DNA of 58,066 bases from an uncultured Victivallales bacterium. Its GTDB lineage: Bacteria > Verrucomicrobiota > Lentisphaeria > Victivallales > UBA1829. The stretch is from NCBI GenBank assembly GCA_964581935.1, contig CAZORN010000003.1:1-58066 (forward strand), read 5' to 3'. Both the position numbers and the translations under genes were made by a program. Within the stretch, counting starts at the first letter, position 1. The number at the start of each line of letters is the position of its first letter. Positions 45,760 to 54,991 of this stretch are shown here, one piece after another. The notes beneath the pieces were generated by a model that searched no databases, had not been told where the DNA came from, and saw nothing but the letters and a program-made list of their open reading frames with translations.

Positions 45760-45777
45760 GCTGTAATCGATTACAGC
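45760..45777. promoter_or_regulatory. Perfect 18-bp palindrome GCTGTAATCGATTACAGC; LacI-family-type operator
   Basis: Begins 5 nt after the -10 hexamer. The core TGTAATCGATTACA fits the generic LacI/GalR operator shape (TGnAAnCGnTTnCA). It is probably bound by the adjacent LacI-family repressor, which would make it autoregulatory. Confidence 0.5.
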
Positions 45778-45798
45778 AACAAGGCAGGATGTTCGGAT

Positions 45799-46812
45799 AT
45801 GGATAATAATGTGACTCTGAAAGATATTGCGCTTGCGGCGGGAGTACGGCCGGCGGTCGTGTCGGTCGTCCTGAACAACAAGCAATACACGCGGGTGTCT
45901 GCGGCCCGCCGGGAAGAGATCCGTCGGATCGCCGAAAGCATGGGATACCGGCCGAACATCGAGGCTTCCAGTCTCCGGCAGGGGAAGAAAGCCACCGTCG
46001 GGGTTTTTCTCCCCAACTGGAAAAATGTGCTGCTGATCGAGCTGATCCATGGGCTTTCAGACGCCGCCAGCAAGTTTTCCGTGCCTCTGACTTTTTCCTT
46101 CGGCATGACGGCGGAATCCTATTTCAGCTTCATCGATTCCATGAATTCCTACCGTCATACCGGCATGATCAGCTTTGTGCCCTTCTGGGACCGGAACTAT
46201 GAACGGATTCTGGTCCGGCTGGAGGAATATATCCGGAACGGAGGCAAGGTCATTTCGCTTGACACGGCCGAATGGCCGATGAAGCAGACCATTTCGCTCG
46301 ACATGGATGAGGAATACGGCGGAAAACTCGCGGCAAAGTATCTGCTCCGTTTCAAAAGGTTGAGCTCCTATGTGCTTCTTACCGTTGACAGCCGACTCTA
46401 TCGTCTGCGGGATGACGCGTTCTGCAAAGTTCTCGGGGACGCCGGGAAGAAAGCGGAAAGATATCCGTTTGAATCCGTCCGGACAGCGCCTTCTGAACGG
46501 GTCATCGCATTTCTGGAAAAAGCGTTGGAGGAAGCAAAGCCGCCTGTTGGAATTTTCATGACCAGTCCGGATTTCTGTCCATGGGTTTTGCTGCTGGCCG
46601 CCCGGCGCGGCTGGATTTACGGAAAAGATTTTGAGCTGGTCGGATATGACCATCCTTTCGGATTCGGTGATTTTCAGCCGGTCATGCGCATTGTCCAGCC
46701 ATTCTATCAGATCGGATATATGGCTGTTGAAAAGTTGAGCGACATGCTTATGAATAAAACAGTGTCATCGGAAATATTGAAGCCGAAATTAGTCAGAGGA
46801 GACCATTTATGA
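45799..46812 (+). CDS. LacI-family transcriptional regulator
   Basis: [23 protein letters not shown]...[12 protein letters not shown] is the HTH_LacI domain. The rest is a PBP1-type ligand-binding domain. Confidence 0.9.
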   Translation: MDNNVTLKDIALAAGVRPAVVSVVLNNKQYTRVSAARREEIRRIAESMGYRPNIEASSLRQGKKATVGVFLPNWKNVLLIELIHGLSDAASKFSVPLTFSFGMTAESYFSFIDSMNSYRHTGMISFVPFWDRNYERILVRLEEYIRNGGKVISLDTAEWPMKQTISLDMDEEYGGKLAAKYLLRFKRLSSYVLLTVDSRLYRLRDDAFCKVLGDAGKKAERYPFESVRTAPSERVIAFLEKALEEAKPPVGIFMTSPDFCPWVLLLAARRGWIYGKDFELVGYDHPFGFGDFQPVMRIVQPFYQIGYMAVEKLSDMLMNKTVSSEILKPKLVRGDHL

Positions 46813-47465
46813 ATGTTTGCGCCAAAAAATTCACACTGATTGAACTTCTGGTTGTGATTGCAGTCATCGCCATTCTGGCCGGAATGCTCCTGCCCGCGCT
46901 GAACCAGGCGAAGGAGACGGCCAGAAGCGCCCAATGCGTCAGCAACCTCAAGCAACTTTCTCAGGGAGTGATCATGTATACAGATGATTATGCCGGGTGG
47001 ATGCCTCCGCTTCAGGGATCCGGCGGCGCGGCGCCTTTCTGGGGGGAGACAATTTACAAAGCCGGGTTCATCAGTCCGAAGATCGCCAACTGCCCGAACT
47101 TGAAGAAGAGCAATTTCTACAGTTGGGGCTATGCGTGGGAAAACTCTTACGGCGTTTTCTACAATTCCCTCTTCAGCAACGGGGGGATCAATTATCAGCG
47201 GGCATGCAAGACGAACAAGCCTTCCTCCACCGGGTTTTTCGGAGATTCCGGGATCAAGGGAAGCGGGGGCATGAAATACGTTATTTACGCATGGCAGTCG
47301 ACCGGCACGGCCAATATCATGCTGCGTCACCGGAAGCTGGCGAACGTGGTGATGCTCGACGGCCATACCGAATCGGTGCCCCGGCAGAAAATCTCCAAAC
47401 TGTCGGAAACGCAGGGGCCCTTTTATCTGCTGCTGGACGAAAATACCGTGGTTTATTTACCCTGA
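46809..47465 (+). CDS. Prepilin-type N-terminal cleavage/methylation protein with H-X9-DG motif (DUF1559-like pseudopilin)
   Basis: [26 protein letters not shown] at the N-terminus and [19 protein letters not shown] (H-X9-DG) at the C-terminus. The start overlaps the LacI stop as ATGA (46809-46812). Confidence 0.85.
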   Translation: MNVCAKKFTLIELLVVIAVIAILAGMLLPALNQAKETARSAQCVSNLKQLSQGVIMYTDDYAGWMPPLQGSGGAAPFWGETIYKAGFISPKIANCPNLKKSNFYSWGYAWENSYGVFYNSLFSNGGINYQRACKTNKPSSTGFFGDSGIKGSGGMKYVIYAWQSTGTANIMLRHRKLANVVMLDGHTESVPRQKISKLSETQGPFYLLLDENTVVYLP

Positions 47466-47483
47466 TCAGGAAGGATTCATGAT

Positions 47484-50400
47484 ATGAAATTACATTTGAT
47501 TTTCTGGCTGTTTCTTTGTCTGTCCGTGGCTTTCTGTGCGGAAAATCTGGTCCTGAACGGTGATTTTTCCGCCTTCAATGCGAACGGCGCGCCTGAAAAA
47601 TGGGGAGTGCAATCCTGGGGGCCTCCGCTGGGGGAAGTGTCGCTGGACCGTTCCGATTTCGTGGACGCCCCGGCTTCGCTCTGCATCCGCAACAAGGATG
47701 ACGTCCAGCAGACCTTCCTGACACAGGGAATCCGGCTGGAGCCGAACACTTCCTACTCCCTGAGCTACTACATCAAGGCGGAAAATATCACGGGGACCAA
47801 GCCGTTCTGCGGCGCGATGATCTACATCATGGACAGCGGAAATCCCCTTTTCAGCATCGGCAGCAGTCTTTACCGTCACGCAACCGGGTCCTTCGACTGG
47901 AAAAAGGTCGAACACAAGTTCAAAACCGGAACGCTTCAGGGGAAATCCCTTTCGATCATTCTGGCACTCCGTCAGGCAAGCGGATGCGTTCACTTCGATA
48001 CGGTCAAACTGGAAAAAACGGAAGTTCCCGACCGCATTGCATCTCTCAAAACGGAATTGTATCCGGTCGGATTTCAGAACCGGACTTATTCCCTGTGCCG
48101 CAATTTTCCCGCCGCGCTCCTTCTCCGGATGACACTTGGACGCAATCCGGCGGCGGAGGGGGCGCTCAGGATGATTCTGGATCTTCCCGAGGGAATCCGG
48201 TACATCGGCTCCGGCGCGCTTCTTCCCGTCCGGAACGCGAAAAATGAACTGGGTTTCGAGCGTGATACTTTTACTTCAGTTCCGGTTGAGCGCGACGGGA
48301 AAAAATATACGCGGTATGAAATCACTTTTGCGCCCGGTTTCGCCGACAAGCTCGGTCCGTCGTTTGCCTGGGAGAACTATGACCGGATTTATTTGAAGGC
48401 GGAGGGGCCGGCCGGTGAAGCCGGTAAGGTGTTCTGGCGTATCCGGAGCCGTTCAATGGATTTTCCGGAGGAGTTTTTTCATGTCACTATCCTTCCTGAA
48501 CTATCCATGCCGGAGAAGCCCTGTTCTGCATTTCAGCTTTGCATTGCGCGTCTCTGGAACATGAACTCGCCGGAAAATACCGGTGAACTTTATACGAAAC
48601 TCTGGACCTCTCTCCGGAAGCGTCCATGGATTTCCGATCCGTACTCCTTCAATGCATTTTCCGAGGCGGAAAAGAAGCGGGTTCTCGATTCATACAACTA
48701 CAGCCGGCATGTGGCCTCCTCCTACAGTATGCCTTGGTTCGGCCCGCTCTATAACGCCGTTTCGCAGAATCGCTTCAAGGGGAAACTCCCTCCTTCGGTC
48801 GGCGCGGACGGCAAGGCGATTCCCAATACGGTCAGCCCGTGGTATCTGATCGAGGACCCGGAGAATCTGATCTGGGGCGTTCTGGCGGAGGAATATGCAA
48901 AGGACGTCAGCGGCAAGCCGCATATCCGGGCGATTGCGCTGGATTACGAGCCGGGCACGATGAAGCACTGTTTCAGCGAGGAAAACCGGATCCGGTTCCG
49001 CGCTTTCGCCGGGCTTCAGGCCGTGCCTTCCACGGAGGACATCCTCTCGAAATATAAGGAAGCGTGGCTCCGCTTCCGTATCCGTCAGCACCAGCAGATA
49101 CTGGAACGGATTTCCACGATGATCCGCACAAAACTGCCCGGCGTCGGATTCTGGCTGATCAGCGATCCGCTCCAGACGGGCCGCCAGCGGGTTTCGGAAT
49201 GGTGCGGGGTGGACATTCAGGCCGCCGATCCGATCGTCGATATGCATCAGGACATGCCGTATATTACCGGGATTCCTTTCTTCGAACAGATGAAACTGAA
49301 TATCACCGAACTGAAAAAGCCCTGTTTTCCCTTCATCGACCCGACGGAGAACATGGCGATGTATTACAATCGCTACACGCCTGAAAAAGTGATGCAGAAC
49401 ATTGTCGCTGTCGCCGCCCTCGGGGGATACGGAATCGGTTTCTGGCCGAATGATGTCTTCGACGGACGTTACCTCCATTCCGTAAGGGATGCCTATGCCG
49501 CCATTGCGGAGGCGGAGCCGTTTTATGCGGAAAAGGCAATAACGGCACCGGAAATCCGTTTTGAAAGCAGAAATGTCGTCAAACTGGATGCCTCCGACGA
49601 AGAGGGGAAAAACATGCAAATCTCTTTTCCCCAGCTTGACCGGAACATCCGTGTCCTTGCCCATCGGAAAGGACACGATTTCCTGATCACCGTTTTCAAT
49701 TATAATGAGAACACGCCCGCGTTTCTCGAACTGGCCTTGCCCGGTGCGGATTCTCCGTATTACCGGATCGATGATGTGCTTGGCGGCCGTTCTTTCCTTT
49801 CCGGGGGAAATTCGCTCTCGGGAAAAGAGGTGCGGGACGGTTTCCTGGCTGAGGTTTCTCCGAACGGGACGCTGATTTTGAGGCTGACCGCAGAAAAGTC
49901 CTCCACGGGGGGCATCGAGAAATCCGTTGACCTGAAGCAGATCCGGGAAAAACTCGGAACGATTCTGACGCAATACAAAAAACGCAGTCGCGTCCAGCCG
50001 TTCCGAGACGGAAATTCAGCCGCATACTGGGAGGTCCTGAAAGACGGGGGCAGGGCGCTCCTGTATCTGGAACAGGATGGGGGGCGTCTGGGAATCGCTG
50101 CTCTGGACGGCGGCGAGGTCGTCTCCTGGGAGGCCGCCGGACGCGGGAAGCCGGATTCACTCTTCCACAAGGGGCGCGGTTTCCTCGGGCGGTTTATGCT
50201 GAATTCACCGGACCAGTCGCCCGAACCGTGCGCTTTTGAAGTCGCCGAAGTCAAGCGGGTCGATGGAAATCCGTGTGTCGTTTCTCAATATCGGGTACCC
50301 GACTTCCAGAATGCGTCCGCAATCCGGAATCCTCTCAAAGACCTGACCATCCGTCAAAGCATTCTTCTCTGCGGCAAGGGAAAAAAGTTTATACTTTCGT

Positions 50401-50843
50401 ATGAATTCATGAATCCGACCGTGGAAACGATGACTTTTTCATTCAAGGTCAACAATTTTCCGAAAATCGGTTCGGCCTATGCCGGAGAAAAGGCGCTCAA
50501 CTCCATCACGAAAATCCGGAGCGGAAGCGTGAGATTCACTCCCGCCGTTTCGAAAACGGAACGCCTCTTCCTGAAAGATACGGATTCCGCGTCCGAATTG
50601 CGGAAACATCCGCTTTTTGCGCGTCTGGAGGTGGAGAAGTGTATTCCCGGCGCGATCCGGATCGAAGGAGGCGACGAAATGCGCGAAGTCCTGACGATTG
50701 AACCGAAACAGGGATATGACGGCTTCTATTCCTGGTCGAATCTGGAAGAGGGATACACCCTCGAACCGATTTCCTCAATAATAACGCTGGCTCCCGGAAA
50801 AAGCGCAGTCTGGCGTTGTATCTATACTCTTTCCCGTGAATGA
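47484..50843 (+). CDS. Large secreted protein with N-terminal CBM4/9-like (galactose-binding-like) domain; catalytic family not recognised
   Basis: Signal peptide MKLHLIFWLFLCLSVAFCA. NLVLNGDFSAF...WGV...SLCIRN...YSLSYYIKA resembles CBM_4_9-type modules. The remaining ~950 aa have normal composition but no motif I can name. Confidence 0.8.
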   Translation: MKLHLIFWLFLCLSVAFCAENLVLNGDFSAFNANGAPEKWGVQSWGPPLGEVSLDRSDFVDAPASLCIRNKDDVQQTFLTQGIRLEPNTSYSLSYYIKAENITGTKPFCGAMIYIMDSGNPLFSIGSSLYRHATGSFDWKKVEHKFKTGTLQGKSLSIILALRQASGCVHFDTVKLEKTEVPDRIASLKTELYPVGFQNRTYSLCRNFPAALLLRMTLGRNPAAEGALRMILDLPEGIRYIGSGALLPVRNAKNELGFERDTFTSVPVERDGKKYTRYEITFAPGFADKLGPSFAWENYDRIYLKAEGPAGEAGKVFWRIRSRSMDFPEEFFHVTILPELSMPEKPCSAFQLCIARLWNMNSPENTGELYTKLWTSLRKRPWISDPYSFNAFSEAEKKRVLDSYNYSRHVASSYSMPWFGPLYNAVSQNRFKGKLPPSVGADGKAIPNTVSPWYLIEDPENLIWGVLAEEYAKDVSGKPHIRAIALDYEPGTMKHCFSEENRIRFRAFAGLQAVPSTEDILSKYKEAWLRFRIRQHQQILERISTMIRTKLPGVGFWLISDPLQTGRQRVSEWCGVDIQAADPIVDMHQDMPYITGIPFFEQMKLNITELKKPCFPFIDPTENMAMYYNRYTPEKVMQNIVAVAALGGYGIGFWPNDVFDGRYLHSVRDAYAAIAEAEPFYAEKAITAPEIRFESRNVVKLDASDEEGKNMQISFPQLDRNIRVLAHRKGHDFLITVFNYNENTPAFLELALPGADSPYYRIDDVLGGRSFLSGGNSLSGKEVRDGFLAEVSPNGTLILRLTAEKSSTGGIEKSVDLKQIREKLGTILTQYKKRSRVQPFRDGNSAAYWEVLKDGGRALLYLEQDGGRLGIAALDGGEVVSWEAAGRGKPDSLFHKGRGFLGRFMLNSPDQSPEPCAFEVAEVKRVDGNPCVVSQYRVPDFQNASAIRNPLKDLTIRQSILLCGKGKKFILSYEFMNPTVETMTFSFKVNNFPKIGSAYAGEKALNSITKIRSGSVRFTPAVSKTERLFLKDTDSASELRKHPLFARLEVEKCIPGAIRIEGGDEMREVLTIEPKQGYDGFYSWSNLEEGYTLEPISSIITLAPGKSAVWRCIYTLSRE

Positions 50844-50942
50844 TTTTTCGGGAAATCCGGAAGAAGTCTTTCTTCTTCACTTTCCTTGAAAAAACAGGGG
50901 AAATGGAGTAGAGTATCCGGAACGGAAAGAGGAAGACGGACA

Positions 50943-51446
50943 ATGAGAATTCTGGTTTCGGAAGAGGATATCGCGCGGCGTGTCGCCGAGCTCGGGGAAT
51001 CCATTACGGAGACCTACCGGGGGAAAGACCTGACGGTTGTCATCATCATGAACGGGGCGCTGCTCTTCGGTGCGGATCTTGTGCGTCGGATCCGCCTGCC
51101 GGTCCGCGTCGACCTTTTCGCCGCCTCCAGCTATGAAAACGACCGTTCCAGCGGAAATCTGAAGGTGCGTTCCGAACTCAAGAATCCTCCCGCAGGCCGC
51201 CATCTTCTTCTGGTGGACGACATCCTCGACACCGGGTTCAGCATGAAGCACATCCGGGACCATCTGGCGCGGACCGGCGCGCTGAGCGTCAAGACATGCG
51301 TCCTTCTCAACAAGCGTGTCTCCGGTAAACATTTCCTCGAACCGGACTGGGTCGGATTCGACATTCCGGACCGCTATGTGGTCGGATACGGCCTCGACTC
51401 CGAAGAGGAATACCGCAATCTTCCCTATATCGGAATCCTCGAATAA
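50943..51446 (+). CDS. hpt: Hypoxanthine(-guanine) phosphoribosyltransferase
   Basis: LLLVDDILDTGFS is the PRPP-binding motif, and VVGYGLDSEEEYRNLPYIG is the Hpt C-terminal signature. I trimmed the start to the ATG at 50943. Confidence 0.9.
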   Translation: MRILVSEEDIARRVAELGESITETYRGKDLTVVIIMNGALLFGADLVRRIRLPVRVDLFAASSYENDRSSGNLKVRSELKNPPAGRHLLLVDDILDTGFSMKHIRDHLARTGALSVKTCVLLNKRVSGKHFLEPDWVGFDIPDRYVVGYGLDSEEEYRNLPYIGILE

Positions 51447-51490
51447 TCCGCTGTTCCCGCCCGGGAATCCGCGTACCGGCGGACATCCCT

Positions 51491-52198
51491 TCAGTTGGAG
51501 GCGATGGGCATGTCGTGAGGCGTTTTCTGTTCGCCGTCGGGCGGAAGTTCCTGACCGGACGCATACAGGCGGGTGTATTCCTCATGCGCCGTGGCGTAGC
51601 GTTCGCTGTCGCTCTTGGTGAACATCTGTTTGCGGCGCTGGGTCTGGAACTGGACCAGCTCCCGGCTCACCGCGGCAAGCGCTTCCTTGACGGCCGAATA
51701 CAGTGAAACTTCCGTGGTGAACAGCGTCTTCTCCAGCGGGAGCAGCGCGGCCGCGGAAGGATTTCCAAGCATTTCCTCGAACGTGGAAGTGTTCTGGCGG
51801 ATCAGCGTCTGGGAGGAGGCGATTTCCTGCAGCGCGACCAGGTTTTTCTGGACGAGCCGGAGGTAAAGAAGCATCTCCTCGCTGCCGAGCTGGCATTTCT
51901 GTGAGCTGGAGGCGTTATGGATGAACTCCGTCTTTTCGAGAGCGATTCCGACCAGTTCGTTGAGGCGCGCATAGAGTTTTTCACGGGTTTCGCTTGCGGA
52001 ATCGAAGCGGCTGGAGGCAAAAAGGATTTCGACCTGTTCGTAAGCGGCGTCGCGGTGCGCCATTTCGGGCGGGATGTTCATGACACTCAGGGAATTGAAA
52101 CGATGTCCCCCTCCGCCGAATTCCAGCGGGGATTTCATACGCAGAAATTTGCGTTTGACTTTTTCCAGCAGTCCCGAGTTTTCATTCATGCTTTTCAT
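51491..52198 (-). CDS. Hypothetical all-helical protein
   Basis: 235-aa ORF with balanced composition. Competing ORFs on the + strand are short. It lies 62 nt downstream of gmhB on the same strand. No family was recognised. Confidence 0.55.
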   Translation of the reverse strand: MKSMNENSGLLEKVKRKFLRMKSPLEFGGGGHRFNSLSVMNIPPEMAHRDAAYEQVEILFASSRFDSASETREKLYARLNELVGIALEKTEFIHNASSSQKCQLGSEEMLLYLRLVQKNLVALQEIASSQTLIRQNTSTFEEMLGNPSAAALLPLEKTLFTTEVSLYSAVKEALAAVSRELVQFQTQRRKQMFTKSDSERYATAHEEYTRLYASGQELPPDGEQKTPHDMPIASN

Positions 52199-52260
52199 GC
52201 CGCATCCCTCATGTTCCCGCTACAATGTAACGCCGTTTCACGAAAAAGCAAAACGTTTTT

Positions 52261-52818
52261 TCATAAAGAAAGAAGATAATCCACCGCTTCCGGAAGACCC
52301 TGCTTGACAATCCGGTTTTCCGTCAGGGCTTTTTCGAGGTTTTTGGAGCCGTGGCCCGTAGCGACCATGACGACGGCTTTGCATCCGGCCTCTTCGCCGG
52401 CCCTCAGATCGGAAAGCTGATCCCCCACGAGAAACGAGGCGGATGGATCGATCCCGAGGTCGCGGATCGCCTTCAGGAGAAGTCCCGGCTTCGGCTTTCG
52501 GCAGTCGCATTCCACGGCCAGTCCGGACACGGTGCCGTCCTTGTGGTGCGGACAGTAGTAAAACGCGTCCGGACGTGCGGAAGCGTCGCCCAGCAGTTCG
52601 AGAATCTTCTCCTCCACCGACTTGACTTCCCGGAGAGTGAACATTCCGCGCGCGACTCCGGACTGGTTGGAAACGACGACCGCCAGATACCCTGCCGCAT
52701 GGATTTTCCGGATCGCGTCCGCCGCTCCCCGGCACAGAACCACGTCCTCCGGCTTGTGCAAATAGTCCACCTCCACATTGATGACGCCGTCCCGGTCCAG
52801 AAAGAAAGCCTTCTTCAT
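52261..52818 (-). CDS. gmhB: D-glycero-D-manno-heptose 1,7-bisphosphate phosphatase (HAD-IIIA)
   Basis: The ATG at 52818 is preceded by GGAGGAAAA. FFLDRDGVIN, VVSNQSG, YYCPHH...CDCRKPKPG (Zn-binding loop) and VGDQLSD are present. Confidence 0.85.
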   Translation of the reverse strand: MKKAFFLDRDGVINVEVDYLHKPEDVVLCRGAADAIRKIHAAGYLAVVVSNQSGVARGMFTLREVKSVEEKILELLGDASARPDAFYYCPHHKDGTVSGLAVECDCRKPKPGLLLKAIRDLGIDPSASFLVGDQLSDLRAGEEAGCKAVVMVATGHGSKNLEKALTENRIVKQGLPEAVDYLLSL

Positions 52819-52918
52819 TTTTCCTCCATTGCATTTTCCGCCCGGAAGGAAATATACACCCGTTTTCCTGAAATCATATTTCACTTTGCGTTGAATTTAT
52901 GTTTTTTCAGGATAAATT

Positions 52919-53629
52919 ATGGAAGAAAAGCAACCTCAACCCCGGATGTATTCAATGAAACACACCTCGCTGGAAGATTACGCGGAACTGGACATGGACA
53001 GGGAAAAACGCTGCGGTTTCCCCGAATTCATCTACGGAGAAGGAAAAACCGCCGAACAGCTTCTCGGGATTATGCGCCGGCTCCATGAATCGGGAAAAAC
53101 CGTGCTGGCGACCCGCGTGAACGCGGAGGCGGTTCCCCCGCTGCTCACGGCCTTCCCGGAAGCCGAACACGACGCCCTTGCGGCGACCGTCCGGATTGTC
53201 CGCCCCGCGCCGAAGAAACGGGGACGCGTCTGCGTGATCTGCGCGGGGACTTCCGACCTTCCGATGGCCCGGGAAGCTTTCCTGACGGTCGATTCCTGCG
53301 GCTATGAGTGCGAACTGATTCCCGATTGCGGAGTCGCCGGACTTCATCGCCTGATCTCCAAGCTCGAGCGTTTACGCACGGCGGACGTTGTGATTGCGGC
53401 GGCCGGGATGGAAGGCGCGCTGCCGAGCGTCGCGGCGGGATTGCTGTCGTGTCCGGTGATCGCGCTTCCGACCCGTGTCGGCTACGGCGCTTCTCTCGGT
53501 GGAATCACCGCCCTGCTGGCCATGCTGAACAGCTGCGCTTCCGGGGTGACCGTCGTCAACATCGACAACGGGTTCGGCGCGGCCTGCGCCGCGGTCCGCA
53601 TCCTCTCCCGCCTCCCGGAAAATCAGTGA
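52919..53629 (+). CDS. larB: Nickel-pincer cofactor biosynthesis protein LarB (PurE-like NaAD carboxylase/hydrolase)
   Basis: DYAELDMDREKRCGFPEFIYGEGKT matches the LarB N-terminal block. The C-terminal region VCVICAGTSDLPMAREA...AAGMEGALPSV is a PurE-like fold. Confidence 0.85.
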   Translation: MEEKQPQPRMYSMKHTSLEDYAELDMDREKRCGFPEFIYGEGKTAEQLLGIMRRLHESGKTVLATRVNAEAVPPLLTAFPEAEHDALAATVRIVRPAPKKRGRVCVICAGTSDLPMAREAFLTVDSCGYECELIPDCGVAGLHRLISKLERLRTADVVIAAAGMEGALPSVAAGLLSCPVIALPTRVGYGASLGGITALLAMLNSCASGVTVVNIDNGFGAACAAVRILSRLPENQ

Positions 53630-54010
53630 TTTTCGATTGTTTTCGCATTTAAGAATAAGTACTACTGCCATGTCTACGAATCGTTTTGCAGACAATCAAA
53701 GCGGTGCAACATGTTTGAGTTTGATCGCTCTGATATTTTTATGCATACTGCGCTGGATGCCTGCGGTTATACTTATGTTTTCCGAAAAACCAATTCCGGG
53801 TGACTGTTCCAGAAACGCGCAAGAAATTGGCAATCGTAATATTTTGTGCGTAATTCGCTTCCCATTGGAGCTGGACATATTTTTCATGTTTTGGAAATCC
53901 CCAGAAATTTTGTTTTTTTTCGTGAGAACGCACTTGAAAAAAAGCGCGTCTGCGAATAACTTTTTCTGACAGCATTGCGAATACCGCTTGACCAACTCGG
54001 GGGCATTGAT

Positions 54011-54415
54011 ATGATCGAATCAGAAGCGAAAGCATCGCTCATACTAAAAGATCTGGAAAAAATCAGTTCCGAGATTGCGAACCTTGAACGGTTCCTGATA
54101 AAAGAAGATGAAAAACTTTCCGAAGCTTTATGCAGAATCATCGCAGATATCTTCTGGCGAATAGAACATCCGATTATTAGGGAATATCCTTCTCTTTGTT
54201 CCCTTGTCGTGATTGGAGAAAGATATAAGGAATGCACTTATCGAATTGTCCGTTCTGACCGGAACGCCTTCACATGCAGTGTGTTGAAGTCGGAAATTCT
54301 ACCTGAAAATGCTGCGCGGGTTTTGTCTGAAATCGAGAATAGCCATCCCAAAAATCAAAATGTGCATTTTTACCTGGAGGTTGAATCCTGCACACCTCCT
54401 CAAGAGCTTTTTTGA
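54011..54415 (+). CDS. Orphan protein, paralog A of a tandem pair
   Basis: The start at the ATG at 54011 (MIESEAKA...) is chosen by alignment with paralog B. Shared blocks are MIES, KED.KL.E.LC, YPSL, KS.ILPE.A.R.L.EIEN..PK.Q and LE.E.C.P. Conservation between the diverged copies supports real coding. Confidence 0.6.
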   Translation: MIESEAKASLILKDLEKISSEIANLERFLIKEDEKLSEALCRIIADIFWRIEHPIIREYPSLCSLVVIGERYKECTYRIVRSDRNAFTCSVLKSEILPENAARVLSEIENSHPKNQNVHFYLEVESCTPPQELF

Positions 54416-54589
54416 GTTGATTTCCGGAGAATATCCCCGACTGTGAAAATGATGAGCATGAAACGAAGATTGGTAAAATGAGGTTTTATGGGTATCATGG
54501 ACGAAGTTTGCCGAAAAATGTATGATCCAGAAAAATATTAGAACGCAAAAGTCGTGAGAATGATCTTAGTGCTGAATGGAGCTTGGACA

Positions 54590-54991
54590 ATGATTGAATC
54601 GAAAATAAAAGCAGCGTTTGTAATGAGAGAGTTGGGGAGAATACGTCCTGAAATAGAAGAGCAGGTCGCCCGATTGAAAAAAGAAGATATGAAACTTGCC
54701 GAAGTTTTGTGTGTGACGCTGGGAACCATTTTGGTGGATGTCGATTATCCCATCCTCAAAGCTTATCCTTCTCTTCGTCCCGTTGATATACTGGGGAAAA
54801 AATATAAAAACGCCAAATACTGTGTCGTCAGATATAATAAAAATTCCGGCTCGAATGATATTGTGAAATCAGGAATTCTACCCGAAGACGCCGTGAGGGC
54901 TTTAGCGGAAATAGAAAATAAATTTCCTAAGGATCAGGATTCATTTTTCAGTCTTGAATTGGAAGACTGTTTGCCATCAGTGGATAACTGA
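54590..54991 (+). CDS. Orphan protein, paralog B of a tandem pair
   Basis: The start is at the ATG at 54590 (MIESKIKA...). By my hand alignment it is about 40% identical to paralog A over the full ~133 aa. Confidence 0.6.
   Translation: MIESKIKAAFVMRELGRIRPEIEEQVARLKKEDMKLAEVLCVTLGTILVDVDYPILKAYPSLRPVDILGKKYKNAKYCVVRYNKNSGSNDIVKSGILPEDAVRALAEIENKFPKDQDSFFSLELEDCLPSVDN

Noticed and set aside
48690-49973. 427-aa minus-strand ORF inside the 1119-aa gene
   Set aside because: R/P/G-rich shadow. The + strand ORF is uninterrupted for 1119 codons and has a signal peptide.
50860-50878. Hairpin GAAGAAG-TCTTT-CTTCTTC after the 1119-aa gene
   Set aside because: The stem is AT-rich and the downstream T tract is poor. 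Possibly a weak terminator, but not supportable.
53637-54035. Several overlapping ~100-aa ORFs on both strands at the left end of the AT-rich islet
   Set aside because: None has an RBS, a convincing composition or a recognisable motif, and they are mutually exclusive. I treat this stretch as non-coding or decayed sequence.
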